Assembly (NCBI RefSeq): GCF_009914755.1
Contig: NC_060937.1
Strand: one strand, 5' to 3'
DNA: 64,000 nt
From: the human T2T-CHM13v2.0 reference genome, Homo sapiens
In this document: positions 49,101 to 62,460 of the stretch, piece by piece
Layout of the letters: every line of letters begins with the position of its first letter
Numbering within the stretch: position 1 is the first letter of the stretch
The notes under the pieces: generated by a model
What the model saw: the letters and a program-made list of their open reading frames with translations, nothing else
What the model was told of the DNA's origin: nothing
Databases searched by the model: none
Translations under genes and position numbers: made by a program

Positions 49101-52100
49101 CACTCCATTCCACTGCATTCCATTCCATTCCATTCCCCTCCACCCCTCTCCACTGCACTCCACTCCACTCCATCCCATTACATTCAATTCCACTCCATTC
49201 CACTACAGTCCACTCCATTCCACCCAACTCCATTCCACTCCACACCATTCCATTCCATTCCACATCATTCCACTCCACTCCACTTCACTCCACTCCACTG
49301 CACTCCATTCCATTCAACTCCATCCGATTCCATTCCACTCCATTCCACTCCACATCACTCCATGCGCCTCCACTCCACTAAATTCCATTCCATACTTTTC
49401 TTTCAACAGGATCTCACTCTGTCATCCAGGCTGGCGTGCAGTGCCACAAACTCAGCTCACATTTCATTTAACCATTTAATTCCATTCCATTCTATTCCAT
49501 TCCATACCATTCCATACCATTCCATTCCATTCTATTCCACTCTACTCCACTCCACTCCACTCCATTCCACTCCACTCCACTCCATGTCATTCCCTTCCAT
49601 CCTATTCCATTCCACTCCATTCCACCCTACTCCACTCAAATTCACTCCACCCCACTCCACTACAAGCCATTCCATTCCATCCCATTTCATTCCACTCCAT
49701 TCCACTTGACTCCACTCCACTCCACTCCACTCCAATCCACTCCACTCCATTCAATTCAATCCCATTCCGTTCCATTCCTTTCTTTCGATGGGATCTCACT
49801 GTGCCAAAAAACGCTGGAACACAGTGGCACAATCTCAGCTCACATTTTATTTCACCATTCCATTCCATTCCATTCCATTCTGCTCCTTTCCCCTCCACTC
49901 CACTCCACTCCCCTCCATTCCATTCCATTCCATTCCATTCCATTCCATTCCATTCCACTCCACTCCATTCCACTCCAATCCAGTCAAATTCACTCCACCC
50001 CAATTCACTCCACTCCACTCCACTCCATTCCATTCCATCCCATTCCATTTCACTCCATTCCTCTCCACTCAAATCCACTGCACGCCATTCCATTCCACTC
50101 CATCTCATTCCTTTCCACTCCATTATGCTCCATTCCACTCCACTCCACTCCATTCCATTCCATTCCATTCCATTCCATTCCATTCCATTCCATCCCATTC
50201 CATTCCATTATAATTCACTCCCTTACATTATATTAATTTATTTCGACAGGATCTCACTCTGTCACACAGGCTGGAGTGCAGTGGCACTATCTCAGCTCAC
50301 ATTTAATTTCAGAATTCCCTTCCACTGCATTCCATTCCATTGCATTCCATTCCATTCCATTCCTTTCCATTCCATTCTATTCCATTCCATTCAATTCCAT
50401 TCCATCCCATTCCATTGCACGCCTGTGAACTCCACTCCACTCCACTCCACTGCATTCCATTCCAATCCATTCCATTCCACTCCACTCCACTCCACTCTAC
50501 TCCACTCCATTCCATTCCATCCCGTTCCATTCCACTCCATTCCAATATACTGCACTCCACTACACTCTATTCCATTCCATTGCATTCCAGTCCTTTCCAT
50601 TCCATTCCTTTCTTTCAACAGGTTTTCACTCTGTCACCTATGCTGGAGTGCAGTGGCACAATCTCAGCTCATATTTCACTTCTTCATTCCATTCTCTTCC
50701 ATTCCATTGCTTTCCATTCCATTCAATTTGATTCCACTACATTCCATTCCACTCCACTCCACTCCACTCCTCTTCATTCGACTCCACTCCATTCCATTCC
50801 ATTCAATTCCACTCCACTCTACTCGATTCCTCTCCACCCAACTCCACTCTACTCCATTCAATTCCATCCAATTCCATACCACTCCACTCCTCTCCCCAAC
50901 ACTCCACTCCACTCTCCTCCACTTCATTCCATTCGATTCCATCCCATTCCATTCCATTCGACTCCACTCCTCTCCACTCCACTCCTTTCCATTCCTTTCC
51001 TTTCCACTCCATCCCATTCCACTCCACTCCACTCCATTCCATTCCATTCCATTCCATTCCATTCCATTCCACTCCATTCCGTTCCATTCCTCACATTCGA
51101 CAGGATGTCTCTCTGTCACCCAGTCTAGAGTGCAGTGGCAGAATCTCAGCTTACATTTCATTTCACTATTCCATTCCATTCCATTCCATTCCATTTCATT
51201 CCATTCCACTCCATTCCATTCCATTTCATTCCATTCCACTCCATTCCATTCCATTTCTTTCCATTCCACTCTATTCCATTCCACTCCACTGCACTCCACT
51301 CCACTCCATTCCATTCCATTCCATTCCATTCCACTCCAGTCCACTCTATTCCACTCCACTACACTCCATTCCATTCCATCCCATTCCATTCCACTGCATT
51401 TCACTCCATGTCACTCCACTCACTGCACTCCATTCCATTCCACTCCATCCCATTCCATTCCACTCTATTCCACTCCATTCCACTCTATCCCATTCCATTC
51501 CACTCCATTCCAGTCCACACCACTCCACTACAATCAACTTCACTCCACTCCATTCCATTCCATTCCTTTCTTTTGATAGCATCTCACCCTGTCTACCAGA
51601 CTGGCGGGCAGTGGCACAAACTCAGCTCACATTTCATTTCACCACTCCATTCCATTCTATTCCATTGCATTCCATTCCATTACATTCCACTGCATTCCAT
51701 TCCATTCCATTCCACTCCACCCCATTCCACTCTACTCCACTCCAATCCACTCCACTCCACCTCACTCCATGGCATTCAATTCCATCCCATTCCATTTCAC
51801 TAAATTTCACTCTACTCCACTCCAATCCACTCCTCTCTACTCCACTCCCTGCCATTCCTCTCCATCCCATTCCATTCCACTGCATTCCACTTGACTCCAC
51901 TCCACTCCACTCCACTCCATTCCATTCCATACAATTCCACTCCATTCCATTCCATTCCTTTCTTTCCACAGGAGCTCACTCTGTCACAAAGGCTGGAGTG
52001 CAGTGGCACAATCTCAGCTCAAATTTCTTTTCACCATTCCATTGCATTCCATTCCATCCAATTCCATTCCACCTTATTTACCTCTAGTCCACTCTACTCC

Positions 52101-55100
52101 ATTCCATTTCACTCCATCCCTTTCCATTCGACTCCATTTCACTCCAGTCCACACCACTCCACTCCCCTCCACTCCACTCTATTCCATTTAACTCCGTTGC
52201 ATTCCATTCCTTTCTTTCAACAGGATATCACTGTGTCACCCAGGCTGGAGGGCAGTGGCACAATCACAGCTCACATTACATGTCAACTTTCCATTGCATT
52301 GCATTCAATTCCATTCCATTCAATTACATTCCATTCCACTTCGTTCCACTCCACTCCACGCCACTCTATTCCACTGCATTCCATTACATCCGATTCCATT
52401 CCACTCAATTCCATTCCTCTCCACTCCACTGCACTCTACTCCACTCCATTCCACTCCATCCCATTCCATTCGGCTCCATTCCACTGAACCCCACTCCGCT
52501 CCATTCCACTGAACTCCACTCTTCTCCATTCCACTGAACTCCACTCCACCCCACTCCACTCCACTTCATTCCTTTCCATTCCATCCCGTTCTATTCCTCA
52601 CCATTCCAATCCACTCCAGTCCACTCCACTACACTCCAGTCCACTCCATTCCATTCCATTCCGCTGCATTCCATTCCATTCCTTCCTTTCGAGAGTATCA
52701 CACTCTGTGACCCAGCCTGGAGTACAGTGGCACAATCTCAGCTCACATTTCATTTCTCCATTCCATTCCATTCCATTCCACTCTACTCCACTCCACTCCA
52801 CTCCAATCCAATCCATGCCACTACACTCCACTCCTCTCCATTCCAGTGCACTCCACACCTGTCCATTCCATCCCATTCCATTCCACTCCTTTCCACTCCA
52901 CTCCACTCCATTCCAGTCCATTAAACTCCATTCTATTCCATTCCTTTCTTTTGACAGTATCTCACTCTGTCACTCAGGCTGGTGTGCAGTGGCACAATAA
53001 CAGCTCCCATTTCATTTCATGATTCCATTCCAATCCATTCCATTCCACTCCCATTGCATTCCATTCCATTCCATTCCATTCCAATCCACTCCATTCCATT
53101 CCATTCCATTCCATTCCATTCCATTCCATTCCAATCCATTCCATTCCATTCCATTCCATTCCATTCCACTGCACTCCACTCCACTCCAATCAATTCCACT
53201 CCACTCCACTTCCATCCATTCCTTTCCATTCCATTCCAATCCCTTCCATTCCACTCCTTTCTTTCAACAGGATCTCCCTCTGTCACACAGGCTGTAGCGC
53301 AGTGGCACAATATCAGCACACATTTCTTTTCACCATTCCATTGCATTCCATTCCATTCCATTCCATTCCATTCCACTCCACTCCCCTCCACTCCTTTCCA
53401 CTCGACTCCACTCCATTCCATTCCACTCTACTCCATTCCACTCCATTTCATTCCATCCCATTCCATTCCATTCCTTTCCACTCCACTCCACTGCACTGCA
53501 TTCCATTCCATTCCACGCCATTCCATTCCAATATTTTCTTTTGACAGGATCTCACTCTGTCACCGAGGCTGGAGTGCAGTGGCACAATCTCAGCTCACAT
53601 TTCATTTCACCATTCCATTCCATTCCATTCCAATACATTCCATTCCATTCCATTCATTCCATTCTATTCCATTCCCCTTCATTCCGTTCCATTCCACTCC
53701 ACTCCACTCCATTTTGTTCCATTCTACTCCATTCCATTCCATTCCTTTATTTCAAATGGATCTCACACTGTCACACAGACTGGAGTGCAGTGGCAAGATC
53801 TTAGCTCACATTTCATTTTTCCATTCCATTCCATTCCATTCCATTCCATTCCACTCGACTCCACTCCACTCTATTCCATTCCACTCCACTCCACTCCACT
53901 CCACTCCATTCTATTCCATGAAACACCATTACATTCCACTCCACTCCACTCCATGCCACCCCATTACACTCCACTCCACTCTACTCCATTCCACTCCACT
54001 CCATTCCGTTACACTCCATTCCACTGCACTCCTCTCCACTCTCCTCCATTTTACTCCACTCCACTCCATTCCATTCCACTCCACTCCATTCCATTCCATT
54101 CCAACCAATTCCATTCCATTGCACTCCATTCCATTCCAACACATTCCATTCCATTCCTTTCCTTTGACAGGATCTCACTGTGTCAAAAAAGGCTGTAATA
54201 CAGTGGCACAATCTCAGCTCACATTTCTTTCACCATTCCATTGCCTTCCATTCCATTCCATTCCATTCCATTCCACTCCACTCCATTCCACTCCACTCCC
54301 CTCTATTAGATTCCATTCCATTCCATTCCATTCCTTTCCATACCATTCCACTCCATTCCACTTCACTCCAATAAACTCCACTCCACTCCTTTCCATTCCT
54401 TCCCATTCCATTTCACTCCATTCCTCTCCACACCACTCCAGTCCACTCCATTCCACTTCACTCCAATAAACCCCACTCCACTCCTTTCCATTCCTTCCCA
54501 TTCCATTTCACTCCATTCCTCTCCACACCACTCCAGTCCACTCCATTCCATTCCAATCCATCCCATTCAATTCCACTCCATTCCACACCACTTCACTACA
54601 CTCCATTCAATTCCATTCCATTCCATTTTACTCCATTCAATTCCATTCCTTTCTTTCGACAGGATCTCACTGTGTCACACTGGCTGGAGTGCAGTAGCAC
54701 TATCTCAGGTCACATTTAATTTCACCATCCATTCCTTTGTATTCCATTGCGTTCCTTTCCATTTCATTCCATTGCATTCCATTCCATTTCATCCCATTGC
54801 ATTCCATTCCATTTCATTCCATTGCATTCCATTCCTTTTCATTCCATTGCATTCCATTCCATTGCATTCTATTCAATTCCATTCCATCCCATTCCATTCC
54901 ATTTCTGTGAACTCCACTCCACTCCACTCAATTCCATTCCATCCCATTCCATTCCACTCCATTCCACTATAATTCACTCCACTCCACTCCACTCCATTCC
55001 ATTCCATTCCATTCAATTCCATTCCATACCATTCCACTCCATTCGATTCCACTCCAATAAACTCCACTCCTCTCCACTCCTTTCTATTCCATCCCATTCC

Positions 55101-58100
55101 ATTTCACTCGATTCCTCTCCACTCCACTCCAGGTCACTCCATTCCATTCTAATCCATCCCACTCAATTCCACTCCATTCCGCTCCGTTCCACACCGCTTC
55201 GCTACACTCCATTCGATTCCATTTCATTCCATTTGACTCCATTCCATTCCATTCCTTTCTTTCGACAGGATCTCACTGTGTCACCCTGGTTGGAGTGCAG
55301 TGGCACTATCTCAGGTCACATTTAATTTCACCATCCTTTCCTTTGTGTTCCATTGCATTGCATTCCATTCAATTCCATTCCATCCTTTTCCATTCCACTT
55401 CTGTGAACTACACTCCACTACACTCTGCTGCATTCCATTCCATTCCACTCCACTCCACTCAATTCCATTCAATCCAATTCCATTCCACTCCCTTCCACTA
55501 TACTCCACTCCATTCCATTCCTCCCCACTCCAGTCCACTCAACTACCCTCCACTCCACTCCTCACCATTCCATTCCATTCCATCCCTTTCCATTCCACTC
55601 AATTCCACTCCACTCCACTCCACTCAACTAAACTCCACTCCACTCCACTCCATTCCATTCCACTCCATCACTTTCTATTCGACTCTATTCCACTCCACTC
55701 CACTCCACTGCCTTCCATTCCATTCCATTCCAGTCCATTCCATTCCTTTCTTTCGAGAGGATCTCACACTGTCACCCAGGCTGGAGTTCGGTGACACAAT
55801 ATCACCTCACATTTCATTTCACCATTGCATTCAATTTCATTCCATTCCATTCCATTCCACTCCACTCCATTCCATTCCATTTCATTCCATTCTACTCAAC
55901 TCCACTCCACTCAATCCCATTCCTTTCCACCCCACTCCACTCCACTCCACTCCATTCCATTTCATTCATTCCATTCCATTCAATTTCCCTCCATTCCGTT
56001 CCATTCCACTCCACTCCACTCCATTTTATTCCATTCTACTCCATTCCATTCCATGCCTTTATTTCGAATGGATCTCACACTGTCACACAGACCAGAGTGC
56101 AGTGGCGAAATCTTAGCTCACATTTCATTTCACCATTCCATTCCACTCCACTCCATTCAATTCCACTGCACTCCACTCCACTTCATTCCATTCCATTAAA
56201 CTCCATTACATTCCACTCCACTCCACTCCACGCCACCCCATCACACTCCACTCAACTCTACTCCATTCCTCTCCACTCCATTCTGTTACATTCCATTCCA
56301 CTTCATTCCACTGCACTCTTCTCCACTACACTCCATTCCACTCCACTCCATTCCATTCCACTCCACTCCACTCCATTCCACTCCACTCCACTCCATTCCA
56401 CTCCACTCGACTCCAGTCCACTCCACTCCATTCCATTCTACCACATTCCATTCCATTCCTTTATTTCGTTTGGATCTCACTCTGTCACCCAGACTGAAGT
56501 GCAGTGGCACAATCTTAGCTCACATTTTATTTCACCATTCCATTCCATTCCATTCCATCCCATCCCATTCCATTGCACTCCATTCCATTCCAACATATTC
56601 CATTCCATTCCATTCCATTCTATTCCATTCCATTCCATTCCATTCCATTCTATTCCATTCCATTCCATTCCATTCCATTCCATCCCATCCCATTCCTTTC
56701 CATCCCATTCCATTGCACTACATTCCATTCCATTCCTTTCCTTTGACAGGATCTCACTGTGTCAAAAAAGGCTGTAATACAGTGTGACCATCTCAGCTCA
56801 CATTTCTTTCACCATTCCATTGCATTCCATTCCACTCCACTCCACTCCACTCCCCTCTATTCCATTCCATTCCATTCCATACAACTCCACTCCATTCCAC
56901 TCCATTCCATACAATTCCACTCCATTCCACTCCATTCCATACCATTCCACCCCATTCCACTCCACTCCAATAAATTCCACTGCACTCCACTCTACTCCTT
57001 TCCATTCCATCCCATTCCATTTCACTCCATTCCTCTCCACTCCACTCCAGTCCACTCCATTTCATTCCAATCCATCCCATTCAATTCCACTCCATTCCAC
57101 TCCTTTCCACTCCACTTCACTACACTCCATTCGATTCCATTCCATTCCATTTCACTCCATTCCATTCCTTTCCTTTCTTTCGACAGGATCTCACTGTGTC
57201 ACACTGGCTGGAGTGCAGCGGCACGATCTCAGTTCTCATTTAATTTCACCATCCATTCCTTTGTATTCCATTGAATTCCATTCCATTTCATTCCATTACA
57301 TTCCATTCCATTTCATTCCATTGCATTCCATTCCTTTGCATTGCATTCCATTGCATTCCATTCCATTACATTCCATTCAATTCCATTCCATCCCATTCCA
57401 TTCCACTTCTGTGAACTCCACACCACTCCACTCCACTGCATTCCATTCCATTACATTACATTCCACTGCACTCCACTCCACTCAATTCCATTCCATCCCA
57501 TTCCATTCCACTGTACTCCACTCCACTCCAATAAATTCCATTCCATTCCATTCCTCCCCACTCCACTCCACTAAACTCCCCTCCACTCCACTCCTCAGCA
57601 TTGCATTCCATTCCATCCCTTTCCATTCCACTCAATTCCACTCCAACCCACTCCACTAAACTCCACTCCACTCCATTCCATTCCACTCCATCACATTCCT
57701 TTCCACTCTTTTCCACTCTTTTCCACTCCACTGCATTCCATTCCATTCCGTTCCATTCCATTCCATTCCACTCCATTCCATTCCATTCCTTTCTTTTGAG
57801 AGGATCTCACTCTGTCACACAGGCTGGAGTTCGGTGGCACAATATCACCTCACATTTCATTTCACCACTGCATTCAATTTCATTCCATTCCATTCCATTC
57901 TACTCCACTCCATTCAACTCCACTCCACTGCATTTCATTCCATTCTACTCCACTCCACTCCACTCCATCCCATTCCTTTCCACCCCACTCCACTCTACTT
58001 CATTCCACTCCATTCCATTCCATTCCATTCATTCCATTCCATTGGATTTCATTCCCCTCCATTCCGTTCCATTCCACTCCACTCCACTCCACTTCAATCC

Positions 58101-61100
58101 CCTCCACTCCATTTTATTCCATTCTACTCCATTCCATTCCATTCCTTTATTTCGAATGGATCTCACACTGTCACACAGACTGGAGGGCAGTGGCAAAATC
58201 TTAGCTCACATTTCATTGCTCCATTCCATTCTATTCCATTCCATTATATTCCACTGCATTCCACTCCATTGTATTTCACTCAACTCCACTCCACTCCATT
58301 CCATTCCATGAAACTCCATTACATTCCACTCCACTCCACTCCACGCCATCCCATTACACTCTACTCCACTCCACCCTACTCCATTCTACTCCACTCCATT
58401 CCGTTACACTCCATTCCACTGTATTCCACTCCATTCCCCTGCACTTCTCTCCTCTCCACTCCATTCCACTCCACTCCATTCCATTCCTCTCCACTCCATT
58501 ACATTCCACTCCATTCCATTCAATTCCACTCTACTCCTCTCCATTCTATTCCACTCCACTCCACTCCAGTCCACTCCACTCCATTCCATTCTACCACATT
58601 CCATTCCGTTCCTTTATTTCGACTGGATCTCACTCTGTCACCCAGACTGTAGTGTAGTGGCACAATCTTAGCTCACATTTTATTTCACCATTCCATTCCA
58701 TTCCATTCCATTCCATTCCATTCCATTCCGTCCCATTCCATTGCACTCCATTCCATTCCAACACATTCCATTCCATTCCTTCCCTTTGACAGGATCTCAC
58801 TGTGTCAAAAAAGGCTGTAATAATGTGGCACAATCTCAGCTCACATTTCTTTCACCATTCAATTGCATTCCATTCCATTTCATTTCATTCCATTACACTC
58901 CACTAATTTCCACTCCACTCTACTCCCCTCTTTTCCATTCCATTCCATTCCATTCCAATCCATTCCATACCATACCATTCCACTCCATTCCACTCCACTC
59001 CAATAAACTCCACTCCACTCCACTGCACTCCTTTCCATTCCATCCCATTCCATTTCACTCCATTCCTCTCCACTCCAATCCAGTCTACTCCATTTCCTTC
59101 CAATCCATCCCATTCAATTCCACTCCATTCCACTCCTTTCCACTCCACTTCACACCACTCCATTCGATTCCATTCCATTCCATTTAACTCCATTCCATTC
59201 CATTCCTTTCTTTTGACAGGATCTCACTGTGTCACCCCGGCTGGAGTGCAGTGGCACTATCTTAGCTCACATTTAATTTCACCATTCATTCCTTTGTATT
59301 CCAATGCATTCCATTCCATTTCATTCCATTGCATTCCATTCCATTTCATTCCATTGCATTCCATTCCATTTCATTCCATTGCATTCCATTCCATTTCATT
59401 CCATTGCATTCCATTGCATTCCATTCCATTGCATTCCATTGCATTTCATTCCATTCAATTTCATTCCATCCCATTCCATTCCACTTCTGTGAACTCCACT
59501 CCCCTCCACTCCACTCAATTCCATTCCATCCCATTCCATTCCACTCCATTCCTCTATACTACACTCCACTCCACTCCCTTCCATTCCGTTCCATTCCTCC
59601 CCACTCCACTCCACTCAACTGCCCTCCACTCCACTCCTCACCATTCCATTCCATTCCATCCCTTTCCATTCCACTCAATTCCACTGCACTCGACTCCCCT
59701 CCACTAAACTCCACTCCACTCCATTCCACTCCATCACATTCCGTTGTACCCTATTCCACTCCACTGCACTGCATTCCAATCCATTCCATTCCACTCGATT
59801 CCATTCCATTCTTTCTTTCAAGAGCATCTTACTCTGTCACCCAGGCTGGAGTGCAGTGGCACAATATCAACTCACATTTCATTTCACCATTGAATTCAAT
59901 TTCATTCCATTCCATTCCATTCCACTCCACTCCATTCCAATCCACTCCACTCCATCCCACTCCACTCCACTCCATCCCATTCCTTTCCACCCTACTCCAC
60001 TCCACTCCATTCCATTCCATTCCAATCCATTCCATCCCATTCCATTCCACTCCCTTCCACTCCACTCCAGTCCACTCCATTCCAATCCATTCCATCCCAT
60101 TCCATTCCACTCCCTTCCACTCCACTCCAGTCCACTACACTCCATTCCATCCCATCCCATTGCATTCCACTCTATTCCTCTCCACCCCACTCCATTCCAT
60201 TTCATTCCATTCCATTCCATTCCATACCATTCCATTCCATTCCACTCCAATCCGTTCCATTCCTTTCTTTCGATTGGATCTCACTCTCTCACCCAGGATG
60301 GAGTGCACTGGCACAATCTCAGCTCAGATTTCATTTGACCATTCTATTCCATTCCATTCCATTTTATTCCATTCCATTCCATTCCACTCCTCTCCACTCC
60401 ACTCCATTCCACTCCACTCCATTCCATTCCATTTCACTCTACTCCACTCCACTCCACTCCACTCCATTCCACTCCATCCCATTATATTCCAGTCCATCCC
60501 ATTCCACTCCATCCTATCTCTTTCCATTCCGCTCCATTCCACTCCATTCCACTCCACTGCATTATCCTCCATTCCATTCCACTCCATTCCATTCCATTCC
60601 TTTCTGTCAAAGGAATGGAATGGAATCCATGGGATTCATCCTGGAGGATGGAGTGAAGTGCCGTAATCTCAGCTATCATTTCATTTCACGATTCCATTCC
60701 ATTCCATTCCATTCTATTCCATTCCTTTCCCTTCAATTCCATTCCATTCTATTCCATCCTTTCCCATTCCAATCCATTCCACTCCACTACAATGCACTCC
60801 TCTGCAATCCATTACATTCCCCTCCATTCCATTCCATTGCACTCCATTGCACTCCACTCCACTCCATTCCACTCGACTCCATTCCATTCCATTCCTTGAA
60901 TTCCACTCAATTCCATTCCACTCCACTCCACACCACTCCTCTCCACTCCTTTACATTCCACTCCATCACATTCCATTCCACTCCATTCCACTCAACTGCA
61001 CTCAAATCCGGTCCACTCCACTCCACACCACTCCACTCCACTCCAGTCCACTCCACTCCACTCCATTCCATTCCACTCCATTCAATTCCATTCCTTTCTT

Positions 61101-62460
61101 TTGACAGGTTCTCACTCTGTCACCCAGGGTCTGGTGCAGTGGCACTATCTCAGCTCACATTTCATTTCCCATTCCATTCCATTGCATTCCATTCAATTGC
61201 ATTCCATTCCATTATATTTCTTTCAATTCCATTCCATCCCATTCCATTCCACTCCTATGCACTCCAATCCACTCCACTCCATTGCTCTCCATTCCATTCC
61301 TTTCAATTCCATTCCAATCCACCCCACTCCATTCCGCTCCACTCCATTCCATTCCATCCCATCCCATTCCACTATACTGCACTCCACTCGACTGCACTCC
61401 ACTCCACTCCACTTCATTCCATTCCATTCCACTCCTTTCCTTCGACAGGATCTCACTCTGTAACCCAGGCTGGAGTGCATTGGCACAATCTCAGCTCATA
61501 TTTCATTTCATCATTCCATTCTATTCCATTCCTTTCCTTTCCATTCCATTCAATTCCATTCCATGCCACCCCAATCCACTCTACTCCACTCCACTTCATT
61601 CCATTCCATTTCATTCCACTCTGCTCCACTCTTCGTCACCAAAATCCACTCCACTCCATTCCATTTCATCCAATAGCATTCCTTTCCACTCCTCGTCCCT
61701 TCTCTCCACTCCACTCCCCTCCACTCCCCTCCACTTCATTCCATTCGATTCCATCCCATTCCATTCAATTCCACTCCACTCCACTCCTCCCCATTCCATT
61801 CCATTCCATTCCATTCCATTCCATTTTATTCCATTCCATTCCTTTCCACTCCACCCTATTCCTTTCCATTCCTTACATTCGACAGGATCTCACTCTGTCA
61901 CCGAGTCTGGAGTGCAGTGGCAGAATCTCAGCTCACATTTCATTTCACTATTTCATTCCATCCCATTCCTTTCCATTCCATTCCATTCCACTCCATTCCC
62001 CTCCACTCCACTCCATTCCCCTCCACTCCACTCCATTCCCCTCCACTCCACTCCCCTCCATTCCATTCCATTCCATTCCATTCCACTCCACTCCAATCCG
62101 TTCCACTCCACTCCACTCCACTCCATTCCAGTACATTCCATTCCATTCCATTCCATTCCGTTCGTTTCCACTTCACCCCTCTCCACTGCACTCTACTCCA
62201 CTTCATTCCATTCCATTCCACTACATTCCATTCCAGTCCACTCCTTTCATCTCCACTCCACTTCATTCCATTCCATCGCATTCCATTCCACTCCATACCA
62301 CTCCACTCCACTCTGCTATACTCCACTGAATTCCATTCCATTCCTTTCTTTTGACAGCATCTCACTCTGTCACCCAGGCTGGCATGCAGTGGCACAAACT
62401 AGGCTCACATTTCATTTCACCATTCCATTCCATTCTATTCCATTCCATTCCATTCCATTC
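46125..62460 (+). repeat. Composite satellite: degenerate (CACTC/CATTC)n punctuated by ~42 copies of a ~56-bp antisense Alu cassette
   Basis: Cassette consensus gacaggatctcactctgtcacccaggctggagtgcagtggcacaatctcagctcac, found at ~46314, 46590, 46897, 47379, 47651, 48063, 48369 ... 61445, 61881, 62353 (manual count ~42, mean spacing ~390 bp). Confidence 0.97.

Noticed and set aside
47224-59010. Recurrent AATAAA hexamers in satellite spacers as polyadenylation signals
   Set aside because: They are one pentamer variant propagated by duplication, with no GU-rich downstream element or transcript evidence.
46314-62409. CRISPR-like array (conserved ~56-bp repeats with variable spacers)
   Set aside because: The repeats are diverged Alu fragments, the spacers are long low-complexity pentamer satellite, there are no cas genes, and the DNA is primate.
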